Origin: Anthoceros angustus
Taxonomy: Eukaryota; Plantae; Anthocerotophyta
Reading direction: 5' to 3'
DNA length: 64,000 nt
Assembly (NCBI GenBank): GCA_010909165.1
Contig: VJWM01000117.1
Span: 186,001 to 250,000 of the forward strand
The notes beneath the pieces were generated by a model. It was not told where the DNA came from. It saw only the letters and a list, made by a program, of their open reading frames with translations, and made no database searches. Position numbers and translations under genes: made by a program. Below are positions 45,190 through 58,700 of the stretch, in pieces; the first letter of the stretch is position 1, and each line of letters opens with the position of its first letter.

Positions 45190-48100
45190 AAATCTACCCT
45201 CTAGCCCCAAAAATCGAAGCTGCCGAGGCCCCTGCACGAGGCCGCGACTTTTACGGACATGAAGGGCATTCCGGAAGTGGGGAGCATAAGATCGATTTGA
45301 AGCCGGGGAGGCGGTGTCGAATCAGGCAATACAAGCTCAACCCCAAGTATTCGATCAAGGTGAAGGAGGTCCTTGATAAGTACAGGCGGACATCATTTTC
45401 CCCATAAATGCAGTGGGTCGGTGTGGTGGTTCCCAAAGCAGCCCAAATTCGGGTATGCCAAGATTGGAGGAAGCTCAAGCGGAGAAGGACCACTTCCGAT
45501 GCCATTAAATGAGCGACATTTTGGACAAGGTGGTGACGGACTACTTACTCCTTCTGGATGGCTACTCCGGATACCAATTGCACCTAAAGTCGAGGGACAA
45601 GGCGACCTTCACTCTGAGTGATGCGTTTGCCTACGAGAAGTGCCTTTGGGATGGCCGGGCGCGAGGTCGTTCATGCGTATGGTGACCAACGTCTTGGTGA
45701 CTTCACGAGGGACTTCATGGAGATATTCTGGATGATTTTGTGTGCATGGGGAGGCGGGACAAACACCTTGGGCATCTAAGAAGGTGCTTGGGCGCCGGAG
45801 ACTCAATTGAGCCTACACCGGAGAAATGCTACTTTGGAATGACGGAGGGAATCTTGTCGACATCGTGCCTGCTGGAATCGAGGTGGACGGGACAAGGTCA
45901 GGTCATCCAGTCTCACGGACGAACCTAAAGGAGCCGAGAGGTTTCGAATGGTGGGATACTACGCGGTTTATTAAGGACTTTGCGAAGAGGCGGCTAAGTT
46001 GGCGGAACTCTGCGGAAGGAGGAGGTTTGGACTGGTCACGGGAGGCGAGAGGAGGCCTTGGGGTTCTGAACAAGTGGCGCCGGTTCTAAGAGGACGGTGG
46101 GCAGAAATTTCATGTGTATGTAGATGTGGCTTTTGCTATCGGAGTAGTCTTGAGCGGAAGGACGACAAGCGGGATTATCCGTATACTACTGTTGGACGGC
46201 TCACCGCAGCAATACACAACTACAGGCCAAGCCTTGGGTATAGTATATCTTGTCGAAATTGACACTACCTACTAGGTGAGTTTGTGTTCTATGTAGACCA
46301 CTACTTTTGGTGAATAAAAGGCGGACTGTCCGGACGGATATAAGGTGGATATTGTTGCGGAGTTCACGTTGAAGTGGAAACAAGACAAGGAGGCGCACCA
46401 AAATGCATTTCTGTCACGATTGAAAGCAGGCGGTGTTGAGAGATCGGGAAGATGCGTTCCGGATGAGACATTGGTTGCAGATAAAAGTACAACCGGAGAG
46501 CCAGCAAGAAACTCAAGCGGCTTAGCGAGCGGAGAAGGGAGGGCCCGCGGCGTCCGACCCTCGAAGAAATGGCGGTACCTGCAGGGAATGGAGCTTCCGA
46601 AAATCGACTCGTGGGGAGGGAGGCATTCGTGCACTATGCTCGACCCTTGAGGTACAGCGGTGTGTGTTCAAATTAGGGCGGAGTAGAGCGAAGGTACTGG
46701 CCGGCGAGGCAGGAGGTCGTCGAGGGAATGCAAGGGATTGGGGTGGACACTACGCAAAGACAGTCACCACCAAAAGATTTTGGCAGGATCTTGGTGGCCA
46801 ACAATGTATGGGGACACCCACCGGTTTGTGAAGAAGTGTGATGCTTGTCGGATGGATCGGAAAGCCAACCCGGCGACACGGTGGCCGCTAGTATGATATG
46901 TACTGGCACCTTTCGAAAAGTGGGGTATTGACTTTGTTGGACCTATCTGACCTCGACAAGACACACACAAAGGAGATACATCACGGTGGCAGCGGACTCA
47001 CGGTGGGTAGGCGGTGGCGACAGAGCGGACTCATAAATCGTGGCCAAATTCTGTCGAGAACATCATAACCCTGCGGATGTCGCTGCGGTTGGTAAGTGAT
47101 AGGGGAACCCATTTCCTTAATGATGTGGTGGCCGCCATGACGGAGTATTTGCATCAATCGCCATGAGGCGGCACCCTACAATCCTAAGGCCAATGGGGAG
47201 AGAAGACAAATGGGCTCATCTGCGGGATCTGAATAAACTCACGATGAACTACGCCCATGGTGGGATACCAAGCGCCATCCGCCTTGGGCGTTCGAGACGG
47301 TGACCACACAACGGACCCTTACTTGACCTCGGACACTCTCCCGTAATGCAGTGGGGTTTGAAGTGCCCACTTTTGAGTAATGATGGAAGGGAGGCAAGAC
47401 CAAAATGCATTTCGTCACGATTGAAAACAGAAAGGTGTTGAGAGATCGTGAAGATGCGCTCCTGATGAGACATTGGTTGCCGCAGAAAAGTACAACCGAG
47501 GAGCCCACCGACCAACCCCAAGCTACGAACTGCAGCCTTAGTGGCGAGAAGGGAGGGCCATGGCCGTCCGACCCACGAAGAAATAGAGCGGTACTGGGAA
47601 TGGAGCTTCCCAAAATCGACTGTGACAGGGAGGCATTCGCACTATGCTCGACCCTTCGTAATGTACAACGGTGTGTGTTCAAATTAGGGCCGAGTAGAAC
47701 GAAGGTACTTGCAACCGCAGAGATGTGAGCTGGGAATGCACGAAGGATTGGGGGACACTACGCAAAGACAGTCACCACCAAAAGATTTTGAAGCGGATAC
47801 CGTGGCCAACAATGTATGGGGACACCCACCGCTTAGAAGAAGTGTGATGCTTGTCGGATCGGAAAGCCAACCCCGACGACACTGGCCGCTAGTACCGATA
47901 TTGGCACCGCACCTTTCAAAAGTGGGGTATTGACTTTGTTGGACCCATACACACGACAAGACACACACAAAGGAGATACATCCCGTGGCAACGACATCGC
48001 ACTGTGGGTAGAGGTGGCGACAAGAACGGACTCGCAAATACCGTGGCCAAATTCTCAGACGAGAACATCATAACCCGCACGGATGTCCGCCGTAGCTTGG

Positions 48101-49742
48101 TAAGTGATAGGGGAACCCATTTCCTTAATGATGTGGTGGCCGCCATGACGGAGTATTTCGCATCAATCATCGCAAGACGGCACCCTACAATCCTAAGGCC
48201 AATGGGTCGACAGAGAAGACAAATGGGCTCATCTCAGGATTCAATAAACTCACAGGAACTACGCCCATGATCGATACTAAGCCGCCATCCGCCGCGGGCG
48301 CCCAGCAGAGAAGGTGACCACACAACGGACCCTTACTTGACCTACGACACTCTCCGTAATGCCGAGAGTTTGAAGTGCCCACTTTTCGAGTAATGATGGA
48401 AGGAGACTGTAAGAGGAAAGCCAGCTCGGCGACTCTTGGGGTTTCGGCCTACGGAGGACGGGGAAGAAGCTCGGTGAAGATGCGCTCCTGATGAGACATT
48501 GGTTGCCGCAGAAAAGTACAACCGAGGAGCCCACCGACCAACCCCAAGCTACGAACTGCAGCCTTAGTGGCGAGAAGGGAGGGCCATGGCCGTCCGACCC
48601 ACGAAGAAATAGAGCGGTACTGGGAATGGAGCTTCCCAAAATCGACTGTGACAGGGAGGCATTCGCACTATGCTCGACCCTTCGTAATGTACAACGGTGT
48701 GTGTTCAAATTAGGGCCGAGTAGAACGAAGGTACTTGCAACCGCAGAGATGTGAGCTGGGAATGCACGAAGGATTGGGGGACACTACGCAAAGACAGTCA
48801 CCACCAAAAGATTTTGAAGCGGATACCGTGGCCAACAATGTATGGGGACACCCACCGCTTAGAAGAAGTGTGATGCTTGTCGGATCGGAAAGCCAACCCC
48901 GACGACACTGGCCGCTAGTACCGATATTGGCACCGCACCTTTCAAAAGTGGGGTATTGACTTTGTTGGACCCATACACACGACAAGACACACACAAAGGA
49001 GATACATCCCGTGGCAACGACATCGCACTGTGGGTAGAGGTGGCGACAAGAACGGACTCGCAAATACCGTGGCCAAATTCTCAGACGAGAACATCATAAC
49101 CCGCACGGATGTCCGCCGTAGCTTGGTAAGTGATAGGGGAACCCATTTCCTTAATGATGTGGTGGCCGCCATGACGGAGTATTTCGCATCAATCATCGCA
49201 AGACGGCACCCTACAATCCTAAGGCCAATGGGTCGACAGAGAAGACAAATGGGCTCATCTCAGGATTCAATAAACTCACAGGAACTACGCCCATGATCGA
49301 TACTAAGCCGCCATCCGCCGCGGGCGCCCAGCAGAGAAGGTGACCACACAACGGACCCTTACTTGACCTACGACACTCTCCGTAATGCCGAGAGTTTGAA
49401 GTGCCCACTTTTCGAGTAATGATGGAAGGAGACTGTAAGAGGAAAGCCACCGAGCGACTCTTGGGGTTTGTGCAAAGACACGTAGGATGGAAGAAGCTCA
49501 CAAGATGCGCTTGGTGCAAAACCCCGAAGATTTGGCACGATCGTATGCGGAATCGGGTATGTAAAGGAAGGGACTGGCCCTCCTTTATGATAGTCGTCAT
49601 GCATTTTCCGTGCAAACTTCACACAGATGGATGGGTCCGTACCAAGTGGTGCAAGTATATGACAACGGGTCCGTCCGACTGACTAGATGAGGCTGTTGCC
49701 CACTCGGGTAAGCGGGTGGCGGTGAAGAAGTATCATGCTTAG
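45190..49742 (+). pseudogene. pol: Gypsy RT, RNase H and integrase (integrase region triplicated)
   Basis: DMKGIP...EHKIDLKPG..IRQYKLNPKY; PFGM; FMEIFWMI/DDF-like; FHVYVD; CDAC; PFEKWGIDFVGP; SDRGTHFLNDVV. Stop codon at 49740-49742. Confidence 0.9.
47448..49449 (+). repeat. Two essentially identical ~976-bp copies of the RH/INT junction-integrase segment (offset 1026)
   Basis: The ORF track gives identical peptides at 47684/48710, 47709/48735, 47916/48942 and 48004/49030. An earlier, more divergent copy lies at ~46450-47390. Confidence 0.92.
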
Positions 49743-49760
49743 TGTTGGCGGAGCGTAGAT

Positions 49761-49770
49761 GAGAAGGGAG
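49761..49770 (+). promoter_or_regulatory. Polypurine tract (second copy at 51693-51702)
   Basis: gagaagggag, followed by ta and the LTR start tgtgggct. Confidence 0.85.
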
Positions 49771-49772
49771 TA

Positions 49773-52700
49773 TGTGGGCTATGCACTTACTGGGAGTTAG
49801 GAAATAAGTAGGGTTTTTTTTAGGATTGAAGGATAAATAAGGCGGAAAAGGAGGAATAAATTGGGGTAGCGCTTGGACGAGGCTCGAGTATACTCGGACT
49901 GGAGTGAACAACGGACCCGGTACCACTATGGCAAGCTCGACTACGGAGTAACGGATAAGTCCGAACCCACCTGTGTCAAAATAGGATAAGTCCGGAACCC
50001 TCCAGTCAAAATAGGATAAATCGCGAAAGTAACCTAGGAGGCGGGCGTGAGGATACGAGGCGGCGCCACGTGGGCCACAGTGGAGGTCGGGCATGCAGTA
50101 GGCGACCGTAGCAGGCCGTTATAGCGGTATTCACGCCCCGGCAGGCGTAAGGCGAAAGCAGGCGTGGTCGAATAAGCCATGCGGACCCACAGCGATTCTG
50201 GACAGGCGCCTTCAGCGATTACTTCCTGGCGGCCGAGGAGGTCATTTATTTCTCGGACAATCCTCCGGTCCCTTGCGCTCCATAATCCGGCTCTCTGGCT
50301 ATCTTTTGGCGCCGTCGGCTTAGGCGTGGCGCACCGTCGAGGTTGGAGCGGCAGCGGGAGGAACATCGTGCGGACTCGGACTCGGCCCAGAAGAGGAGAA
50401 GCAATGGCACCCAAAAGCCGACGGACTGGGAGCCATGGACCTCGTGGCGCAACATTGTGACCGGCGCTATCCGGACTTGGCCCTGGAGGCGATTAGTGCG
50501 GGAGTGGCATCGGGCGTGTTCCAAATGGTAGTGGACCTTTGACAACGTCCTCTAGTCAGGAGTTTGCGGGAAAATCTGGCGGCGATCAACAAGGAGGTCG
50601 ATCCAAGAACCTCGGAGGACCAGGCGATGGACCTTGGAGGTCCTGAGATGGCCCGCCGAAGGAGGAAGAAGGGGCGTGGTGCAGGCCCCTTAAGGCGAAG
50701 GGAAGATAGGGCCCGGCCGGTGGTCTTGAGGCACAGGCGGACAACCAGCGGATGGTTGATATCCGTCTGCTGGGATCGAGTAAGCCATGCACTCGCGCAT
50801 GGGACAACGAAGAGGCGCCTTCCGCAGCTACTCGCGCCAAGGAGGGAGGTCACCGCGCAGCCCCCTCACAGCCTTGCGCCCGCAATCCGCCTCATCTTTT
50901 GGGCGCCCGCCAGAGCGTGGCGCACCGCAAGGTTGGAGCAAAACGCGCGGCGAGGAACATCGCGCCGACCGCCAGAAGCAGAACAAGAGGAGGAGAAAGC
51001 AATGGCACCCAAAAGCCGACGGAAACTGGGAGCCATGGACCGTGGAGCGCAACATTGTGACCCGCGCTATCCGGACTTCGGCCCCGGGCCGAGGGGGTTG
51101 GGCGCAGAGTGGCATCCGGACGTGTTCCAAATGGTCTGGACCTTTGACAACGCTACTCTAGTCCGGAGTTTGCCCAAAGATGTCAGCGGCGATCAACAAG
51201 GAGGTCCGATCCAAGAACCTCCGGAGGACTCGAGGCGATGGACCTTGAGGTCCCGAGGATGGCCTACAACCGCCCAAGGAGGAAGAAGGGCGGTGCCGAG
51301 CCCTTAAGGCGGAAGGGAAGATAGGCCGCCACGGCCGCGCCGAGGCTCGAACGCAATGACAACCAACGGATGGTTGATATCCGATCCGCCGGATACCGAG
51401 TAAGGCGGTAGCCGGATCATTGTCCATTGGAACACACTCACCAAGATGCATGGTGCAAAACCAAAGATTTGGCACGCCGATCGCGAATCGAGTATGTAAA
51501 GGAAGGGACCCGCCTCCTTTATGATAGTCGCACATGCATTTTCTGCAAACTTCACCGAGATGGATGGGTCCGCGTCAAGTGGTGCAAGTATATGACAACG
51601 GGTCCGCCACGGCGAGATGGAGAGTCGCTGCCCACCGGTAAACGGTGGCGGTGAAGAAGTATATGCTTAGTGTTGGCGAGACGCCAACAGATGAGAAGGG
51701 AGTATGTGGGCTATGCACTCGGGAGTTAAGAAATAAGTAGGGTTTCGCTTTTAGGATTGAAGGATAAATAAGGCAAAAGGAGGAATAAATTGGGGTAGCG
51801 CCGGACGAGGCTCCGGAGTATACTGACTGGAGGAACAACGGACCCCTGCAACTATGGCAAGCTCCGACTACGCCGAGTAACGGATAAGTCCGAACCCACT
51901 CAGTCAAAAGATAAGTACGCCAGTGAAAGTAACCTAGGAGCGGAGGCGTGAGGATGACGGCGGCGCCACGTGGACGGCCCCGAGTGGAGGTCGGCATGCA
52001 GAGGCAGACAGAACCTGCCGAGGCCGCATAGGCATTCACGCCCGCGCGCGCGCGCGAAGGCCGTGAAGCGGAAGCGAGGGTCGAGTAGCCATGCACTCGC
52101 ACGGACAACGAAGAGGCGCCTTCCGCAGCATTTTCCACAAGCGCCAAGGAGGGAGGCTGCCGCCGCGCAGCCTGCATAACCTCAGCCTTGCGCCCGCAAT
52201 CCGCTCGCGCTTCTTTTGGGCGCCCAGAGCGGGCGCCACAAGGTTGGAGCAACAACGCGCGGAGGAGGAACATCGCGCCGGACCGCCAGCAGCCACAAGA
52301 ACAAGAGGAGGAGAAAGCAATGGCAAAAAGCCGACGAAGTTCTGGGAGCCATGGACCGTGGAGCGAAACATTGTGACCCGCGCTATCCGGACTTCGGCCC
52401 CCGGAGGAAGCAGGGGAATTGGTGGAGTGGCATGGACGTGTTCCAAATGGTCTCGACCTTTGACAACTCTAGTCCGGAGTTTGCCCGAAGATGTCGCGAT
52501 CAACAAGGAGGTCCGATCCAAGAACCTCCGGAGGACTCGAGGCGATGGACCTTGAGGTCCCGAGGATGGCCTACAACCGCCCAAGGAGGAAGAAGGGCGG
52601 TGCCGAGCCCTTAAGGCGGGAAGATAGGCCACCGCGCCGCCGAGGCTCGAACGCAGCGACAACCAACGGATGGTTGATATCCGTCTGCTGGGATCGAGTA

Positions 52701-55700
52701 AGCCATGCACTCGCGCATGGGACAACGAAGAGGCGCCTTCCGCAGCTACTCGCGCCAAGGAGGGAGGTCACCGCGCAGCCCCCTCACAGCCTTGCGCCCG
52801 CAATCCGCCTCATCTTTTGGGCGCCCGCCAGAGCGTGGCGCACCGCAAGGTTGGAGCAAAACGCGCGGCGAGGAACATCGCGCCGACCGCCAGAAGCAGA
52901 ACAAGAGGAGGAGAAAGCAATGGCACCCAAAAGCCGACGGAAACTGGGAGCCATGGACCGTGGAGCGCAACATTGTGACCCGCGCTATCCGGACTTCGGC
53001 CCCGGGCCGAGGGGGTTGGGCGCAGAGTGGCATCCGGACGTGTTCCAAATGGTCTGGACCTTTGACAACGCTACTCTAGTCCGGAGTTTGCCCAAGATGT
53101 CAGCGGCGATCAACAAGGAGGTCCGATCCAAGAACCTCCGGAGGACTCGAGGCGATGGACCTTGAGGTCCCGAGGATGGCCTACAACCGCCCAAGGAGGA
53201 AGAAGGGCGGTGCCGAGCCCTTAAGGCGGAAGGGAAGATAGGCCGCCACGGCCGCGCCGAGGCTCGAACGCAATGACAACCAACGGATGGTTGATATCCG
53301 ATCCGCCGGATACCGAGTAAGGCGGTAGCCGGATCATTGTCCATTGGAACACACTCACCAAGGTGGATCACCTTGGTGATAACTGTTAGTATTCACGCAT
53401 GCGCTCGAGGAAGAAGGCGGTGGGAAGGATTATCTTGGGGTTGATCGAGGCATAAGCTAAGGAGGCGAAGCCTCGCCATCGGGGTGACCCATACGATTCA
53501 TGTATGGGGACATTTCGAGCTCTGAAGGAGGAGGCAGGCGGGCTCGGGAAGGGCTGGAGGCCACAGTAGGCGTGCAAGGGCGCCTGAGGTGGGGGTCGTC
53601 CTTGAGACCAAGCGGACTCGGAGGAGGGAGGAGGATTGGACTCCATCGTGGGCGAACCCCTCACCACCCGGGGAAGTTTGGGAGGCGATTCCCTTCCTCC
53701 TTTTGGTGCCCCTCGGGCGGTAGCCCGGATCATTGTCCATTGAACTCGCCACCAAGGTGGATCACCTTGGTGATAACCTGCTGGTATTCGCATGCGCCAG
53801 CTGGGAAGAGAGCGGACCGGGAAGGATTATCTTCGCCTCGGGCCTGTGAGGCACGTAAGCTAAGGAGCGAGAAGCCTCGCCATCGACCCCATACCGATTC
53901 ATGTATGGGGACATTTCGAGCTCCTCAAGGAGGGAGAGCTTGAGCGGGCGCCAAGGGGCCGGAGGCCCCGCTGGCAGAGCGTGCAAGGGCGCCTGAGGTG
54001 GGGGTCCCTTCAAGACCAAGCGGACTCGGAGGACGACCGGAGGATTCCTGACTCCATACGCTGAGCGAACCCCTCACCACCTGTGGAAGTTTGGGAGGCG
54101 ATTCCCTTCCTCCTTTTGGTGCCCTCCGAGCGCAGAGGGAGTGATGCCGAGGAGGGCGCTACGGCCCGCACCGTGCAATAACCAACAACCGGCGGGCTGA
54201 GCCCGGCGAACTCGGCGGGGCCGAGGCGGAAGGCGGTGCCGCCTGCGGCACCTCGGAAGGTGCGGTACCTTACCCACCTTGCAGGGGTAAAGAGGTGAAG
54301 AGGCGCCTTCCGCAGCTACTCGCGCCAAGGAGGGAGGTCACCGCGCAGCCCCCTCACAGCCTTGCGCCCGCAATCCGCCTCATCTTTTGGGCGCCCGCCA
54401 GAGCGTGGCGCACCGCAAGGTTGGAGCAAAACGCGCGGCGAGGAACATCGCGCCGACCGCCAGAAGCAGAACAAGAGGAGGAGAAAGCAATGGCACCCAA
54501 AAGCCGACGGAAACTGGGAGCCATGGACCGTGGAGCGCAACATTGTGACCCGCGCTATCCGGACTTCGGCCCCGGGCCGAGGGGGTTGGGCGCAGAGTGG
54601 CATCCGGACGTGTTCCAAATGGTCTGGACCTTTGACAACGCTACTCTAGTCCGGAGTTTGCCCAAGATGTCAGCGGCGATCAACAAGGAGGTCCGATCCA
54701 AGAACCTCCGGAGGACTCGAGGCGATGGACCTTGAGGTCCCGAGGATGGCCTACAACCGCCCAAGGAGGAAGAAGGGCGGTGCCGAGCCCTTAAGGCGGA
54801 AGGGAAGATAGGCCGCCACGGCCGCGCCGAGGCTCGAACGCAATGACAACCAACGGATGGTTGATATCCGATCCGCCGGATACCGAGTAAGGGCGGTAGC
54901 GGATCATTGTCCATTGAACTCGCCACCAAGGTGGATCACCTTGGTGATAACTCGCTGGTATTCTCGCATGCGCCCAATGGGGAAGAGAGGACCGGGAAGG
55001 ATTATCGCCTGCCCGCCTGAGGCACGCAAGCTAAGGAGCGAGAAGCCTCGCCATCAGTCGACCCCATACCGATTCATGTATGGGGACATTTCGAGCTCCC
55101 AAGGAGGGAGAGCTTGAGCGGCGGGGCCGGAGGCCCCGCCAAGTAGAGCGTGCAAGGGCGCCTGAGGTGGGGGTCGCCCTTCAAGACCAAGCGACTCGGA
55201 GGAGGACGATCGAGGATTCCTGACTCCATACGTCTGAGCGAACCCCTCACCACCTGTGGAAGTTTGGGAGGCGATTCCCTTCCTCCTTTTGGTGCCCTCC
55301 GAGCAGCAAGACAGTGAGGGAGCCGATGCCGGAGGGCGCTGGCGGCCCGACCAGACAATGCCAACAACCACACGGGCCGAGCCCCGACGAACTCAACGGG
55401 AGCCAAGAGGCGGAAGACGGTGCCGCTTACCAACGCAAAGACTGGTGCCGCATTCTTACCCCCGCCACTGAGTGGCAAGAGGTCAAGAGGCGTAAGGAGG
55501 GCGAAGGACGTGGCCCAAGGCGGGAGGTCAGCGGCCCCACCCAGGCAGTCTGTCCCCAGGAAGGGGCAAGAGCTTGCTCCGGACCCCTCACCTCCTCCGA
55601 GCCCTGTGGAGAAAGAGGGCACAAAGGAGTTAGAGGCCAAGAGGGCCAAGAGGGTGAGACTCGGACCTCACCACTCGGGACTGAGGTCTGATTAGGTCCA

Positions 55701-58700
55701 GGAACCCGTCCGGACTTACTCCGGTATGGAGGTCCTTGGCGGACCGATGCAGCTCCCTCTACGGACTTTGTGGGGCCTCACCGGTGATGGCCGTGGAAGA
55801 AACACAGTCACAGCTCGTCATGGACGGAATGCTTTGGGGTCTCTGGGGTGGAGAAGACCCGGAGGTGGAGGCCACCGGGAGGAGGATGGTGGAACTCAAG
55901 AGCAAGTGAAGGCGGCCCGGGGCAAAGGAAAAGGCGGAGTCCCTCGCTCGGATCGAGGAAGGAAGCCGGGTGGCGGAGCGGGCAGGCGGTTAGGCGGGGC
56001 CAAGGTTCTTTGTCTGCAGTGAAAGCAAGCTCGAGAGGCCCAGCGGGCGGAGGACCTTGCGGCGAAGGGAGCGGGGAGGCGGAAGAGGCCGGGCTGGAGA
56101 GCTCGACTGGGCGGAGGCGGCCCGGCCAGAGGGCCAAATGGGCGAGGCCTGTAAAGGCGGGCGAAGGAGCTGTGAAGAGCGACCGGATCACTACGCAGAT
56201 CGAACCGGAGAGAGTCACAGAAACCGAGGCTAACTCAAGGCCGACAAAGGCCTATGGAGGTGCAAGGGCCAAGACTGGGAGATAGAGGATCTCGAGTCAG
56301 TGCGGAGGTAGAAGGCGGCGAGATGGAGGCAGCGAGGACACTGCTGGGCTACAACTCCAAGATGCGTCGGAGGCGGCCCGGCCAGAGCAGGCCAAATGGG
56401 CGAGGCCTGCAAAAGGCGGCGGAGCCCAAGCCGGTGAAGAGCGACCGGATCACCACACGTGATCGAACCGTGGAGAGACAGCAGAAATGAGACACTCAAG
56501 GCCGACAAAGGCTATGTGGAGCAGTAAGGCCAGACGGGAGATAGGATCTCCGAGTACAGGGAGGTAGAAGGGAGGCAGCAGATGGAGGAGAAGGACACGC
56601 CGGAGCTACAACCCAAGATGCGCTTGAGCAGCAGTGATTCTCAGAGAGAATCCACGACTTCGAGCACGAAGCAGTGCCTCGGCTCCGTCGAAGGCGGAGG
56701 AAAATCGGCGACTATCGAGGTTGGGCGTTGCGAGCTAGAAGGAGGCTGGAGGAAGTCGGGAGTCGGACGGTGTCGACCGCTGGAGGGGTGGCGGAGCTAA
56801 AGGGAATGAGCGGAGGCGCGAGCTGGGCAGAAAGAAGGCTGCTGGTCCCGGTGAGAAAGGCGGAAGGAGCAGCTGCGCTATGGTAATGGTGGCGATGGAA
56901 GGAGAAGGAGGCTGAACAGCGGTACGGGGAGGTGACCGAGGCCCTTGTAGCCTCGCGTGATCTGACCGGCTCAAAATCTGGCGGAGAGGTGGCCCAACAA
57001 GCCATGACTCCGGAACACTTATGGCGGAGGAGTATCGGGTGCTCGGGCACCGTGGAAGAGCAATTCAACAAGTCGATTCGGACTTTGCCTATTACCGAGC
57101 TCACGAAGGCGATAGAAGCCTCTCGGCCGCTGCGCAGACGGACCCTGGAAGGCTCAAGGAGATGAAGGCCACGGCGGCCACAGGGACCCTAGTGGCCTGT
57201 TTGAAGATAATGAGGCGGCGGAGGAGCAGGAGGCGGAAACGAGGGGAGGCGGATCACGGAGGTATCCGACCGAGAGGGAGTCGGAGCTAAAGGCCGTAAT
57301 GAACGGAGCGCGAGCAATCGGAAGCGTAAAAGAAGCCGGTCCACCGAAAGGCGAAGGGAACGCCGCGCCATGGCGGTAAGTCAATGGAAAGGAAACGACG
57401 GAGCCGGAGGTGAGCAACAGCAGCAGCAGGAGGTGACCGAGGCCGTAGCCTCAGCTGACATGCCTGCCCACCACAACCGGGCAGAGGTGGTGGCCCAACA
57501 AGCCGAGCAAAGACGCCCACCTCCTAACACTTATGGCGAGGGAGTAGGGTGCCCGCACACGTGGAAGAGGCAATTCAACAAGTCGATCTGACTTTGCCTA
57601 TTACCACGCGAGCTCCCAAGGCGAGAAGCCTCGACGCCGCAGACTGACGGACCCCCGGAAGGCTCAAGGAGATGAAGGCCACGGGAGACAGGACCCTAGT
57701 GGCCCTGCTTGGAGATGACGGAGCGGAGAGGAGCAACCGGAGGAGCAGAACGAGGGAGCGCGATGCGAGGAGGTAAGCACCCCGACCTCACCATGGAAGG
57801 AGGGGCCAGCGAGTCACTTGAGCGATCGGGGCAGTGGAGGACTTGAGGGAGAGCCACGGAGGAGTCCGTGAGGGAGGGCGGGTGGGCGTGAGTCGGACTT
57901 TGTCCGGACCCGGAGGAGGCCGGACCACAGAGTCGGACCCCGTGTAAATCCGGACCACGAGGTCGGACCCGAACAAGTCCGGACCTAGCCGGCGGACCGA
58001 AATAAGCGGACTCCGAAGTTGAGTCGAGGCAGACCTCGAGGGGCCGGGCTGCGGCGATGGAGGCCCCGCCGACTTACTCACCGGATGGAGGTCCTTGGAT
58101 CGAGAAATGCCGGCCCCACTACGGACTTTGTGGGGCCTCACTGGGAAGAAACACGGCGAGTCCTGCCACCGCCATGGACGGAATGCTTTGGGGTCTCTGT
58201 GGCACAGAGAAGACCTGTGAAGTGGAGGCCACCCGAGGAGGATGGTGGAACCCAAGAGCAAGGCGGCCGAGGCAAAGGAAAAGGCGGAGTCCTCGCCGGA
58301 TCGAGGAAGGGAAACGCCGGGTGGAGCGAGGCCCGCGGTTCACAGATCTTAAGGTTCTTCACCGTCACAAGCAAGCCTGGGAGGCCCAAGCGGGCGGAGG
58401 ACCTTGCAGCGAAGAGGGAAGCGCAGCAGAGGCTAAGAGGCCCGCACAAGCAGAGAGCTCGACCGGAGGCGGCCCGCCAGAAAGGCCAAGGCGAGGCCTG
58501 CAAAGGCGGCGAGCCTAAGCCGCGGCAAGAGCGACCGGATCACCATGCACGGATCGAACCGGTGGAGAGACACAGCACCGAGGCTACTCAAGGCCGCAGC
58601 TATGGAGGGTGCAGGCCAGACTGGAGATAGAGGATCTCCGAGCACCGCAGGAGGTAGAGGGAGGCGGCAGATGGAGGATGAAGGACACGCTGAGCTACAA

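Noticed and set aside
45190-49742. Tat-type additional archaeal RNase H or a chromodomain
   Set aside because: Only one RNase H-like region was recognised, and the integrase ends in an Athila/Tat-type VxGxRxKxY tail directly before the PPT. Detection is limited by indels.
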